Shown in pieces: positions 47,974 through 58,013 of a stretch of DNA of 64,000 bases; position 1 is the stretch's first letter, and each line of letters starts with the position of its first letter. The notes beneath the pieces are model-generated. The model saw nothing but the letters and a program-made list of their open reading frames with translations, made no database searches and had not been told where the DNA came from. A program made the position numbers and the translations under genes. Location: the NCBI GenBank assembly GCA_965208575.1, contig CBDBOV010000003.1, positions 780,088 through 844,087 of the forward strand. The letters are read 5' to 3'. The stretch is from Spirochaetia bacterium. Lineage in GTDB: Bacteria; Spirochaetota; Spirochaetia; SZUA-6; Bin103.

Positions 47974-48426
47974 CCGCGGCCACCGGGCGCCCGCCCGCCG
48001 CCGCGATGCAGCCGCGCCGCGTCGCCGGCCCCGCCGCGCGGGCCGCCGGGGGCACCCCAGGCTCACCACCTGATCCGCGCCCCGTGCCGGCCCCGATGCG
48101 ACCGGGATCGGGCCCGGTTGTCCTGCGTGCCGCTTACCGATATGTTATCGGAGTCGGGTTTGGTTCCTCGCGGGCATGTCCGACGTATAGAATAACGCTA
48201 CCGGAATGTGTCCCACATCCTCCCAACCGGCAATCGCGGCGGGCGACGGCAAAACCCGGTTCGGGTCTCTCCCTCTGCTGCAGCGTAATTGCGCGCCGCA
48301 TCCTTGGTGTCTGGTGTGTGCCTTGGCGGCTGGGGCCATGAGTGGCGGAAGGCGTACGCCGCGTGTGGGCGGCGGGCGTTCGCGGCGCAGGGCGGCCGGC
48401 ACCGGCGGTGGCCTCGCGGAGGCATT

Positions 48427-50319
48427 GTGAGTAACGGAGAAAACAACAACTCGCAGAAACGAGGTCCCGACTCCGGGTTCCCGAAGTTCAACTTCAACAA
48501 TCGCGTCGCCCTCATAACGCTGCTGATCCTGATCGTCTTCTTCATTTTCTTCTTCGTTTACAACCAGGGCTCGCTGACGCAGGAGATCCCTTACTCCGTG
48601 TTTCTGAACTACGTGAACCAGGACATGGTGGAAGCGGTCAAGATCATCGACGGCTACGAAATCCAGGGGCAGCTCAAGGGGCGTCCCGGCGAGTACTTCA
48701 AGACCAACATTCCCTACTCCGATCCCGATCTGCTGCGCACGCTGCAGGAAAAGACGGTACAGGTCACCGGTGGGCCGCGCAACGTGTCGCCGCTGCGGGT
48801 GTTCATCGACTTCCTGCCCTGGATGCTCGGCTTCGTGTTCATCTGGTTCATGTTCCGGCAGGTGCAGGGCAGCGGCAATCGCGCGTTCTCGTTCGGCAAG
48901 AGCCGCGCCAAGCGTTTCGTGGAGAGCAGCAAGAAGATCAACTTCACCGATGTCGCCGGCCAGGACGAGGCCAAGTACGAGTTGCAGGAAGTGGTCGAGT
49001 TCCTCAAGAACCCCGGCAAGTTCGCCAAGATGGGGGCGCGCATCCCCAAGGGGGTACTGCTGGTCGGCATGCCGGGCACCGGCAAGACGCTGCTCGCCAA
49101 GGCGATTGCCGGCGAGGCCAACGCGCCGTTCTTCCACATGTCCGGATCCGACTTCGTGGAGATGTTCGTCGGCGTCGGCGCCAGCCGGGTGCGCGACCTG
49201 TTCGACCAGGGACGCAAGAACGCCCCCTGCATCCTGTTCATCGACGAGCTCGATGCCGTCGGCCGCACGCGCGGGGCAGGCTACGGCGGCGGTCACGATG
49301 AGCGTGAACAGACCCTCAACCAGATGCTGGTGGAGATGGACGGATTCGACACCAAGGAAGGGGTGATCATCATTGCGGCCACCAACCGGCCCGACGTGCT
49401 CGATCCCGCGCTGCTGCGCCCGGGCCGCTTCGATCGCCAGGTGGTCGTGGACATGCCGGACGTGCGCGGCCGCGAAGAGATCCTCGCCATTCACATCAAG
49501 AAGATCCCCACCGGGGCGGGGGTGGACCTGAACCGGGTGGCGCGCGCGACGCCGGGCACCTCCGGCGCCGATCTGGCCAACATCGTCAACGAGGCGGCCT
49601 TGCTGGCGGCACGCCAGAACAAGGAGCGGGTGGAGATGATCGACTTCGAGGAAGCGCGCGACAAGATCATGATGGGCGTGGCGCGCCGCTCCAAGGTGGT
49701 GGAGCCGAAGGAACGCGAGATGACCGCCTACCACGAATCGGGCCATGCGCTGCTGCACTACCACCTCGAGAATGCCGACCCGTTCCACAAGGTCACCGTG
49801 GTCCCGCACGGGCGCGCCCTCGGTGTGGCATTCTCGTTGCCCGAAAAAGACTACTACTCGCGCGGCAAGGCCTGGCTGATGGACCGGATCGCCATCACCA
49901 TGGGCGGCTACGCGGCCGAGCGGCTGATCTACAACGAGACCACGACCGGCGCGCAGAACGACATCGAGCAGGCCACCGATCTGGCTCGCAAGATGGTGTG
50001 CGAGTGGGGCATGAGCGACGTGCTCGGTCCGATCTCGTACGGGCAGAAGGACGAGCCGATCTTCCTGGGCAAGGAGATCGCTCGCCACAAGGACTACTCG
50101 GAGGATACCGCGCGCGTCATCGACAGAGAGGTGAACGCCATCATCAACTCGCGGCTGGAACGGGCGCAGGAGGTGCTCGACGAGCATCGCGACCAGCTCG
50201 AGCTGCTGGCCACGACGCTGGTCGACAAGGAGACGCTGGACGACGCCGAGATCCGCGCCCTGCTCGGTTTTCCGCCGCGCGCGTCGACCGATGGGGAGAC
50301 CAGCCAGAAGGCGAGTTAG
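48427..50319 (+). CDS. ftsH: ATP-dependent zinc metalloprotease FtsH
   Basis: Two TM helices, [29 protein letters not shown] zinc motif. Confidence 0.96.
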   Translation: MSNGENNNSQKRGPDSGFPKFNFNNRVALITLLILIVFFIFFFVYNQGSLTQEIPYSVFLNYVNQDMVEAVKIIDGYEIQGQLKGRPGEYFKTNIPYSDPDLLRTLQEKTVQVTGGPRNVSPLRVFIDFLPWMLGFVFIWFMFRQVQGSGNRAFSFGKSRAKRFVESSKKINFTDVAGQDEAKYELQEVVEFLKNPGKFAKMGARIPKGVLLVGMPGTGKTLLAKAIAGEANAPFFHMSGSDFVEMFVGVGASRVRDLFDQGRKNAPCILFIDELDAVGRTRGAGYGGGHDEREQTLNQMLVEMDGFDTKEGVIIIAATNRPDVLDPALLRPGRFDRQVVVDMPDVRGREEILAIHIKKIPTGAGVDLNRVARATPGTSGADLANIVNEAALLAARQNKERVEMIDFEEARDKIMMGVARRSKVVEPKEREMTAYHESGHALLHYHLENADPFHKVTVVPHGRALGVAFSLPEKDYYSRGKAWLMDRIAITMGGYAAERLIYNETTTGAQNDIEQATDLARKMVCEWGMSDVLGPISYGQKDEPIFLGKEIARHKDYSEDTARVIDREVNAIINSRLERAQEVLDEHRDQLELLATTLVDKETLDDAEIRALLGFPPRASTDGETSQKAS

Positions 50320-50322
50320 CAG

Positions 50323-52149
50323 TTGGTGGCAAGACGCCGGCTGCTTCCGGGCGGCGATCCGGTAGGGTTGCGTCTCCTCCTGGCGCTGGCAGGCTTGGCG
50401 CTGCTGGCCGGCGGTTGCGCTACGACGCGCGCGCCGGCGCTCCCGCCGGCATCCTCCGCGGCGTACTTCAAGGCGGACATCGAGCGCCAGTTGGCGGCCG
50501 GAGAGCCGTTGCGCGCCCTGCAGAACATCTGGTCCCTGGAGACGCAGGAGCCGGCCCGGGTCGCGGCGGGCGACCTGAGGGAATTGCGCCGCAGTGCGAT
50601 CCGTGCGCTGCGCGACGACCTGGAGTTGGCACGGCGCGAGCAGCGCTACCTGGATGCGGTGGCGCTGGCACAGTCGCTGGCTGCGGTCGGCGCGGACGCG
50701 CCCGCCGCGCACCGCGACCTGCTGACCGAGCTCTACCACGGCGAGGTGCAGCGCCTGGTCGGCGCGGGGCGGCAGGTCAGTGCGCTGATAACCGGTCTGC
50801 GCGCGGCGAGCGAGCGGCTGCTGCCCGCCGACGACCTGCCGGCGTTGCGCGACCTGGCGGTGGAGGCAGGCAGCCGGCACGCGCTGGCGGTGCTGGCGGA
50901 CGCCGCCGCGGACAGCGGCCGCGAACTGCCGGTGCCGGAGTTGCCGCCGCCGGCGTCCTACGCGGAGATGCTTGCCGGCACGGTCACCGTGTGGGTAGAC
51001 CGCGGGGTTGCCATTCGCCGCGGCGTCGGCTACCCGGACCGGGTGATCGGCAGCGGCTTCTTCATCGATCGCGAAGGTCACCTGCTGACCAACTACCACG
51101 TGATCAGCAGCGAAGTGGACCCGGCGTACGAGGGCTATTCGCGCCTCTACATCCGGCTGTCGGAGCAGCCCGAGAAGCGGGTTACGGCGCGGGTAACAGG
51201 ATACGACCCGGTGTTCGACCTCGCTCTCCTGAAGGCGGAGGTGACGCCGGAGTACGTGTTCGGCGCGGTCACCGCCGCGCACCCGGCGCCCGGCGATCCG
51301 ATCACGGCGATCGGCACCCCGGGCGACATCTCCCTGGCCAAGACGGTGACCTCCGGCATCGTGTCCGCCGTCGGGCGGCGCTTCCTGCAGGTCGGCGACG
51401 CGCTGCAGGTCGATGCGCCGCTCAATCCCGGCAACAGCGGCGGTCCGTTGCTGAACGAGGACCGCGAGCTGGTCGGCGTCACCTTCGCCGGCATGGAGCA
51501 GTTCGAGGGCATCAACTTCGGCATCGCCGCGGAGTGGATCGAGCGCGTGCTGCCCAAGCTGTACGAGGGTGGCGCGGTGTCGCACCTGTGGCTGGGCGTC
51601 AGCGTGCATCGCGGCGACGCCGGGCTGGTGGTGGATTACGTGCTGCCCGGCGGGCCCGCGGATCTGGCCGGAGTCGCCGCCGGTGACGTGCTGGTACGGT
51701 TCGGCGACTACGCCGTGGACGACATCGTGGGAGTGCAGCGCCACCTGCTCGGGTTCCCGGCGCCCGCCCTGGTCGAGATAGAGGTGCGCCGCGGCGGCCG
51801 CGAGCGGCGTCTGCTCGCGCTCCTGGGGCCGCGCCCGTTTGCGCCGCTGGATGAGGCGTTGCAGCACGACACGTGGCAGGATGTGCTGGTGCCGCTGTTC
51901 GGTATCGGCGTCAAGCACGTGCGCCGCACGCTGTTCCGGGACGAATACCGGGTAACGGCGATCGTGCCCGGATCGGTTGCCGACGATTCACGCATCTCGG
52001 TGGAAGACCCGGTGTGGCTGGAGGAGTTCGCGCTGGACGAGGAGTACCGGACCGCGTACCTGCGCCTGGTGGTCCGCGGCCGGCTCACCGGGCCACTGGA
52101 GGCATCCGTGCTGCTGTCCGCGCCGCTGGAGCAGGCCAATCTCCTGTAG
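50323..52149 (+). CDS. Lipoprotein trypsin-like (HtrA/S1C) serine protease with PDZ domain
   Basis: Lipobox LAGGC, GSGFFID..G.LLTNYHV, DLALLK, NPGNSGGPL, PDZ motif GGPADLAGV..GD. Confidence 0.88.
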   Translation: MVARRRLLPGGDPVGLRLLLALAGLALLAGGCATTRAPALPPASSAAYFKADIERQLAAGEPLRALQNIWSLETQEPARVAAGDLRELRRSAIRALRDDLELARREQRYLDAVALAQSLAAVGADAPAAHRDLLTELYHGEVQRLVGAGRQVSALITGLRAASERLLPADDLPALRDLAVEAGSRHALAVLADAAADSGRELPVPELPPPASYAEMLAGTVTVWVDRGVAIRRGVGYPDRVIGSGFFIDREGHLLTNYHVISSEVDPAYEGYSRLYIRLSEQPEKRVTARVTGYDPVFDLALLKAEVTPEYVFGAVTAAHPAPGDPITAIGTPGDISLAKTVTSGIVSAVGRRFLQVGDALQVDAPLNPGNSGGPLLNEDRELVGVTFAGMEQFEGINFGIAAEWIERVLPKLYEGGAVSHLWLGVSVHRGDAGLVVDYVLPGGPADLAGVAAGDVLVRFGDYAVDDIVGVQRHLLGFPAPALVEIEVRRGGRERRLLALLGPRPFAPLDEALQHDTWQDVLVPLFGIGVKHVRRTLFRDEYRVTAIVPGSVADDSRISVEDPVWLEEFALDEEYRTAYLRLVVRGRLTGPLEASVLLSAPLEQANLL

Positions 52150-52172
52150 CGCACACCAGCGCGCGCCGGGCG

Positions 52173-53972
52173 TCAGTCGGCCGGCGGCTTCAGGACCGCC
52201 AGGAAGGCGGACTTGGGCAACTGTACGTCGCCGATCTGCTTCATGCGTTTCTTGCCCTCTTTCTGGCGCTCGAGCAGCTTGCGCTTGCGGGTAATGTCGC
52301 CGCCGTAGCACTTGGCGGTGACATCCTTGCGCACCGCCGACACCGTCTCTCGGGCGATGATCTGGCTGCCGACCGCACCCTGGATGGGCACCTTGAACTG
52401 GTGGCGCGGAATCTCGTCCTTGAGCCGCCGGCAGATCTCTCCGGCGCGCCCTCGGGCGTTGTCGCGGAACACCAGTTGCGCGAGCGCGTCCACCGGGCGT
52501 CCGTTGAGCAGGATGTCGAGCCGCACCAGGTGCGAGGCCCGGTATTCGGTGAGCTCGTAGTCGAACGACGCATAGCCGCGGCTGACCGATTTCAGGGTGT
52601 CGTAGAATTCGTACACCACCTCCGCGAGCGGCATGTCGTAGGTCAATTCGACGCGCCGTTGGTCGAGGTAGTTCATCGTGTTCTGCACGCCGCGCCGGTC
52701 GAGGCACAGCTTGATGACCGCTCCCACGTAGGCTGTGGGGGTGATGATGCTCGCGCGGATGAACGGCTCTTCACTGTACTCGATGTGGCCCGGGTCGGGG
52801 TATTCGAGCGGATTGTCGATGAAGCACTCGGTACCGTCGGTGTGTACCACCCGGTAGCGCACCGTGGGCACGGTCACGATCACCGCCAGGTCGAACTCGC
52901 GCTCCAGGCGCTCCTGCACGATTTCCAGGTGCAGCATGCCGAGAAAGCCGCACCGGAAGCCGAAGCCGAGCGCCGCCGAGCTGTCCTTCTCGTAGGTCAG
53001 GGCGGCGTCGTTGAGCGCGAGCCGGTCAAGAGCCGCGCTGAACTCGCCGTAGTCGTCGGCATCGACCGGGTAGACCGACGCGAACACCACCGGCTTGACG
53101 TCGCGAAATCCTTCCAGCGGACGCTCGCACGGCAGGTCGGCGCGCGTCACGGTGTCGCCGACGCGGGCGTCGGCGATGCGCTTCACGCCGGCGACCAGGT
53201 AGCCCACGTCGCCGGCCTTCAACTCCGCGGTGCGCTGCGTGGTGCCGACGCCGAAGGTGCCGGTCTCCTCCACCACGTGCGTTACTCCGGTCGACCAGAA
53301 CCGGATCGGCATGCCGGGCGCGACCGTCCCCTCGAACACCCGCAGGTGGATGACCACGCCGCGGTACGGATCGTAGGCGGAGTCGAATATGAGTCCGCGC
53401 AGCGGGTCGGCATCGCTGCCGCTCGGCGCCGGCACCTGGTCGACGATCGCCTTGAGCAGATCGTCCATGCCGGTGCCATGCTTGGCGGACACGCGAATGG
53501 CGTGCTCCGGATCCAACCCGAGGTCGCGGTCGATCTGCTCGTCGAGCCAGTCGTAGTCGATGCCGGGCAGGTCGGTCTTGTTGATTACCGGGATGATCTC
53601 CAGGTCCTGCTCCAGGGCCAGGTAGAAGTTGGACAGCGTCTGCGCCTCCACCCCCTGCGTGGCGTCGATCAGCAGCAGCGCCCCCTCGCACGAGCAGATC
53701 GCGCGCGAGACCTCGTAGGTAAAATCGACGTGGCCCGGGGTGTCGACCAGGTTGAGTCGATACTCGGTGCCGTTTGCCCGGTACGGAATCGAGACCGCCT
53801 GCGACTTGATGGTGATGCCGCGCTCCCGCTCGATCGGCATCGAATCGAGCATCTGATCGTGGAAATCGCGCTCCGACACCATGTGGGCGCGCTGAATGAA
53901 CCGGTCCGCGAGCGTGGACTTGCCGTGATCGATGTGGGCGATGATGCAGAAGTTGCGGGTAGCCTGATTCAA
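52173..53972 (-). CDS. lepA: Elongation factor 4
   Basis: RNFCIIAHIDHGKSTLADR, DTPGHVDF, RKDVTAKCYGGDITRKRKLLE. Confidence 0.97.
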   Translation of the reverse strand: MNQATRNFCIIAHIDHGKSTLADRFIQRAHMVSERDFHDQMLDSMPIERERGITIKSQAVSIPYRANGTEYRLNLVDTPGHVDFTYEVSRAICSCEGALLLIDATQGVEAQTLSNFYLALEQDLEIIPVINKTDLPGIDYDWLDEQIDRDLGLDPEHAIRVSAKHGTGMDDLLKAIVDQVPAPSGSDADPLRGLIFDSAYDPYRGVVIHLRVFEGTVAPGMPIRFWSTGVTHVVEETGTFGVGTTQRTAELKAGDVGYLVAGVKRIADARVGDTVTRADLPCERPLEGFRDVKPVVFASVYPVDADDYGEFSAALDRLALNDAALTYEKDSSAALGFGFRCGFLGMLHLEIVQERLEREFDLAVIVTVPTVRYRVVHTDGTECFIDNPLEYPDPGHIEYSEEPFIRASIITPTAYVGAVIKLCLDRRGVQNTMNYLDQRRVELTYDMPLAEVVYEFYDTLKSVSRGYASFDYELTEYRASHLVRLDILLNGRPVDALAQLVFRDNARGRAGEICRRLKDEIPRHQFKVPIQGAVGSQIIARETVSAVRKDVTAKCYGGDITRKRKLLERQKEGKKRMKQIGDVQLPKSAFLAVLKPPAD

Positions 53973-53983
53973 GGCGGGGCTGC

Positions 53984-55549
53984 TTAGAAAGCCGCCTGGG
54001 TGGGCGGCCCCTGCACCGGCGTGTTGAGGACGCGCAGGAAGTTCAGATAGCCCTGCTCGAAGGTGTCGACCAGCCGGTCGGAGCTGAACACCTGGGCGTT
54101 CATGGCGCGGTCCAGGGATCCGGTGACGAAGAACGGGTAGTAGCTCGCCACGCGATCGAGGGCAGCGTCCTCGGCGGGCCGCTCCTCGAGCATCTCCAGT
54201 ACCAGGATGCGGTCGCCGAGGACGATCGGGTCCGACACCGCCCCCGGCGCGAGGGAGAACGCGCGTTCGAAGAACTCCTCGTGAAACGGCGCCGACTGCA
54301 GACTCTCGTTGGCCGCGGGCTCCTCGCCTTCGCCGGCGCGCACGCGGCTGATTGCGATCAGGTTCTGGAAGTTGATCGGGAAGAAATCGCTTTCCAGCGT
54401 GGTAACGCCGAGCGCCGCGGCGGCGTCGGTGAATCCGGTTGCCTGGGCGCTCTGCCGGAACTCCGCCGCCAGCGTGGTGTAGTAGTCCTCGATGACGCCG
54501 CGCTCGTATCGTTGCAGGTAGTCCTGCACCGCCGCGAGTACCTCCTCGCTGGCGAAGTCGGGCGCCGCCGCGGCGGTGTCGGCACGGTAGATCACGCTCC
54601 CGAAGCGGCTGGTCAGCACCTCGGTGTGCTCCCCGGACGCCAGTGCAAAGATCGCCTCCACCGCCTCGCGGTCGTCGAAGTCCCGCTCCAGGTCGTAGTA
54701 GTAGCGCCAGCCCAGCACCCCTCCGGAGGCGACGTCGTCAATCGAGAACAGGCGCGCGAGTTCCTCGAAGGTGGACGATCCATCCTGCAGCCGGCGCAGC
54801 ACGTCCGCGGCTTCGTCCGCGCCGGCCATCAGGATCCGGCTCAGCTTGATGCGCTGAAACTGCGCGGCGTTGGCCTCGCCGAACCGCTGCAGTTCCGCTT
54901 CCGGCAACTCGGCGTAACTGAACGCGGCGACCCGGAAACGGCGCTCGACCGCTGCCATGTCACGAAAGAACGCGACCGCCTGCGAACTGGTGTGGACCGC
55001 GGTCAGGTCGGCGAAATACTGGCGCTCCAGGAGCTGTTCTTCCACCAGCCGGCGGTTCACCTTGCGCTGCGACGCGGGAGTGGCATTGTAGCGCTCCTCG
55101 CTGAACACGCCGCCGACCACGTATGGGCCGGAGCGAATCAGTTCGCCGTCGATGCGCTCCTCGGAAACGGCCAGCGGCGCGCTTGCGGCCTCGGCCAGCA
55201 CGGCGACCCGGTACGCCGCGCGCTGGAATGCCTGCCGCACCACGGCGCGGGCCTCCGTCTCGGTATCCTGCCGGAATCCGCTGTTGCGGCGCTGCTGGGA
55301 GATCTGCAGGATCTGGCTGTCGAAGTAGTTGCCGCGCCGGTGCTCGATGGCGATGCCGTCGTAGGTGCCGAACTCCGTCCCCGCGCCGGCGCCGCCGAAG
55401 CGTCCGATCGCCGGCGTGCCTATGAAGGTGACGGTAATGATTACCAGCACGATGAGGCTGCCCACGTACAGGAGCGGGTGATTGGAACGCTGCGCCGCGA
55501 TGGCGGCATGCGGGCGCTTTGATGAGGTGCGATTTCGAGTCTTGGCCAT
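53984..55549 (-). CDS. Membrane-anchored PpiD/SurA-like chaperone with parvulin-like domain
   Basis: N-terminal TM, LSRIL...FEELARLFSID...GGVLGW, second SDPI repeat. Confidence 0.7.
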   Translation of the reverse strand: MAKTRNRTSSKRPHAAIAAQRSNHPLLYVGSLIVLVIITVTFIGTPAIGRFGGAGAGTEFGTYDGIAIEHRRGNYFDSQILQISQQRRNSGFRQDTETEARAVVRQAFQRAAYRVAVLAEAASAPLAVSEERIDGELIRSGPYVVGGVFSEERYNATPASQRKVNRRLVEEQLLERQYFADLTAVHTSSQAVAFFRDMAAVERRFRVAAFSYAELPEAELQRFGEANAAQFQRIKLSRILMAGADEAADVLRRLQDGSSTFEELARLFSIDDVASGGVLGWRYYYDLERDFDDREAVEAIFALASGEHTEVLTSRFGSVIYRADTAAAAPDFASEEVLAAVQDYLQRYERGVIEDYYTTLAAEFRQSAQATGFTDAAAALGVTTLESDFFPINFQNLIAISRVRAGEGEEPAANESLQSAPFHEEFFERAFSLAPGAVSDPIVLGDRILVLEMLEERPAEDAALDRVASYYPFFVTGSLDRAMNAQVFSSDRLVDTFEQGYLNFLRVLNTPVQGPPTQAAF

Positions 55550-55699
55550 GAAGGGAATTGCTCTTATGGTACGCAATAGCGGCGTTTGCAACAAGGCCTG
55601 TCGTATTTCTTGGCGGTTGCCTCGGCACGTGCCCCGGCGCCAACCGGTGGCACTTGTCGCACCTGTCACACCTCGGCGGGCGTTGGCGGGGCGCGGGCG

Positions 55700-55729
55700 T
55701 TGACACTGCGCAGGCGCGGTTCCTATATT
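55700..55729 (+). promoter_or_regulatory. Sigma70 promoter of tRNA-Asp/tRNA-Pro
   Basis: TTGACA-N18-TATATT followed by a GC-rich discriminator, 16 nt before tRNA-Asp. Confidence 0.7.
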
Positions 55730-55745
55730 GTGCGGGCTGCCAACT

Positions 55746-55819
55746 GGGGGCGTGGCGAAGGTGGTTATCGCGCCGGCCTGTCAAGCCGGAGGCCGCGGGT
55801 TCAAGTCCCGTCGCTCCCG
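55746..55819 (+). tRNA. tRNA-Asp(GTC), CCA not encoded
   Basis: Acceptor GGGGGCG/CGCTCCC, anticodon arm CCGGC-CT-GTC-AA-GCCGG, T-loop GTTCAAGTC. Confidence 0.95.
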
Positions 55820-55850
55820 TTCATCCATCAGGAAACCGCCGATGTCGCTA

Positions 55851-55923
55851 CGGGCTGTGGCGCAGTGGCTAGCGCGCTCGGTTCGGGACCGAGAGGTCGG
55901 GAGTTCAAGTCTCCCCAGCCCGA
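55851..55923 (+). tRNA. tRNA-Pro(CGG), CCA not encoded
   Basis: Acceptor CGGGCTG/CAGCCCG, anticodon arm CTCGG-TT-CGG-GA-CCGAG, T-loop GTTCAAGTC. Confidence 0.95.
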
Positions 55924-56038
55924 CTCCCCTTTCTGCCTTGTTACCCGTTCTTGTCCGGACCTCGACCGCGGCGCAAGGCGCGTGGCGAGGTTGTTCCTAC
56001 TCTCCAGTTGCCGCGCCGCGGCTCCGAGAATTAAGGCA

Positions 56039-56848
56039 ATGGGGCTTCTCTTGCGGCCGCTGGCGGCATTGTGCGTTCTGGCAGCCGTGGTCACGGTGGC
56101 CGCGGTCGACTCGGCGGCTCAGGTTCATCAGATCGCCCGCGGCGAGACCCTCTACAGCATCGCCAAGAAATATGGCGTGACCGTCTCCCTGCTGCAGAGC
56201 AGCAACGGCATTACCGACCCGACCCGGCTGCGCAGCGGGCAGAAGCTGACCATTCCGCGTGCGCACGTGATGCGCAAGGGCGACACCATCTACTCCGTCG
56301 GGCGCAAGTACGGCGTGAACCCCGCGCTCATCCTGGCGGCGAACGAGATCATCGATCCCACCACGGTGCGCATCGGCCAGGTGCTGGTGGTCCCGGAAGC
56401 CGGTACCAGCTCCGCGCCGCAGACACCCACCGCGGCGGCGGCGCGGCGGCCCCCGGTCGCCGCCGGTCCGGCCGCCGTGCGCACCGGCGGCGGCGACAAC
56501 CGGCTCTGGCCCACCGACGGACAGCGCACCCGGATCAACGGCAAGCTGAGCGGTCTGAAGATCGCCGGTACGGAGGGCGCGGCGGTGCGCTCGGTCTCCT
56601 CCGGCACGGTGCGCTGGGCCAGTCCGAGCCGCGGCTTCGGGCAGGTGGTTCTGGTGGAGAATCCGCTCGGTTACATCTTCGGCTACCTGGGCAGCGCCGA
56701 GACCTACGTCGCCGTCGGCGACCGGGTGGAGATCGGCACCGAAATCGGGCGTCTGGGCTTGAACCCGCACGACCAGAAGCCGAATCTCTACTTCCTGGTG
56801 TTCAAGGACGGCATTCCGGCCGATCCCTGGCAGGCGCCCCGGGTATAG
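56039..56848 (+). CDS. Two-LysM protein with degenerate M23 domain (NlpD-like amidase activator)
   Basis: Signal peptide, GETLYSIAKKYGV and GDTIYSVGRKYGV LysM repeats, M23-like C-terminus lacking the Zn-binding His residues. Confidence 0.85.
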   Translation: MGLLLRPLAALCVLAAVVTVAAVDSAAQVHQIARGETLYSIAKKYGVTVSLLQSSNGITDPTRLRSGQKLTIPRAHVMRKGDTIYSVGRKYGVNPALILAANEIIDPTTVRIGQVLVVPEAGTSSAPQTPTAAAARRPPVAAGPAAVRTGGGDNRLWPTDGQRTRINGKLSGLKIAGTEGAAVRSVSSGTVRWASPSRGFGQVVLVENPLGYIFGYLGSAETYVAVGDRVEIGTEIGRLGLNPHDQKPNLYFLVFKDGIPADPWQAPRV

Positions 56849-56854
56849 CAGCCC

Positions 56855-57916
56855 ATGGCGACCGCGATCAACTACCGATTCTCCGTTACCGACCCGGCAA
56901 CCGAGGTACGGTTCGAGCCGCGGCTGCCGGCACGGTTCGGCAGCGCCGCCAACCGCGTGGTCGTGTTCGACGCCAACACGGCGCGGCTGTTCGGCACCGG
57001 GGTCTCCGATCCGGTGCTGCTCGAGGATCGTGACGGCGCCAAGCGCTGGGCATCCGTGGAGCGCGTGCTGCTGGCCGCGCACGAACGCGGCATGGACCGC
57101 GGCGGCGAGATTATCGGCATCGGCGGCGGCGCGGTGTGCGACGTGGCCGCGTTCGCCGCTTCCATCTATCTGCGCGGCGTACGGCTGACGCTGGTACCCA
57201 CCACGGTGACCGCGATGGTGGACGCCGCGCTCGGCGGCAAGACCGGCATCAATCTTGGTTCCGGGAAGAACCTGGTAGGCACGTTCTATCCGGCGCACCG
57301 CCTGGTCGTGGTACCGCACGCTGTTTCGCACCTGTCCACCAGCGACTACCTCGACGGGCTGGCCGAAGTGATCAAGACTGCCATGCTCGGCGACCGCGGG
57401 CTGTTCGGAGTGCTGGAGTGCCGCCGCGACGAGGTGCTGGCGCGCAGACCTGCTCTGGTGGAGGAATACGTGCGCCGCTGCCTGGCGGTGAAGGCTCGTT
57501 TCGTGGCCCACGACCTGCGCGAGGAACTCGGCACCGCGGTGCGCCCGGACGGCACCTCGCGCGCGTTTCTCAACCTGGGCCACACGTTCGCGCACGCGCT
57601 CGAGTCGGCGTCCGGTTTCGCCTGGAGCCACGGCGCCGCGGTGGCGTGGGGCCTCGGTCGCGCCGTGCGCCTCGGCCGCGTGCTCGGCATCGTCGACCCC
57701 GGATACGCGCAGCGGGTCATCCGGCTGCTGCGTGCGTACGGCTACCGCCTGTGCGCCGTCGAGGTCAGCGCCGACCGGATCCTGTCCGCGATGTGGGCGG
57801 ACAAGAAGCGCAGCGGCGACGAGCTGCGCTTCGTGGTGCAACGCGGCCTCGAGCAGACCGAGATGCGCGCCGTGCCCGCCGAAGCGGTGCGTGCAGCGCT
57901 GCGCGACGAAGGCTGA
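56855..57916 (+). CDS. aroB: 3-dehydroquinate synthase
   Basis: GGGAVCD, PTT..AMVDAALGGKTGIN, KNLVGTFY, AEVIK, LNLGHTFAHA, HG.AV. Confidence 0.93.
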   Translation: MATAINYRFSVTDPATEVRFEPRLPARFGSAANRVVVFDANTARLFGTGVSDPVLLEDRDGAKRWASVERVLLAAHERGMDRGGEIIGIGGGAVCDVAAFAASIYLRGVRLTLVPTTVTAMVDAALGGKTGINLGSGKNLVGTFYPAHRLVVVPHAVSHLSTSDYLDGLAEVIKTAMLGDRGLFGVLECRRDEVLARRPALVEEYVRRCLAVKARFVAHDLREELGTAVRPDGTSRAFLNLGHTFAHALESASGFAWSHGAAVAWGLGRAVRLGRVLGIVDPGYAQRVIRLLRAYGYRLCAVEVSADRILSAMWADKKRSGDELRFVVQRGLEQTEMRAVPAEAVRAALRDEG

Positions 57917-58013
57917 TCCTGTCGGTCAGCCCGTTGACTTGGAAGACGACGAACACCGATGGCCAGGCATCGCCCGCCCGCCCGCCTTGTCGGACCAGGC
58001 GAACGGCAGGCGG

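Noticed and set aside
48145-51918. 1257-aa minus-strand ORF
   Set aside because: Antisense to ftsH and the serine protease; no motifs.
45519-55923. tRNAs as integration sites for a mobile element
   Set aside because: No integrase, transposase or duplicated tRNA 3' end was seen; the flanks are housekeeping genes.
55586-56038. N-terminal extension of the LysM protein
   Set aside because: It overlaps two tRNA genes; the signal peptide starts at ATG 56039.
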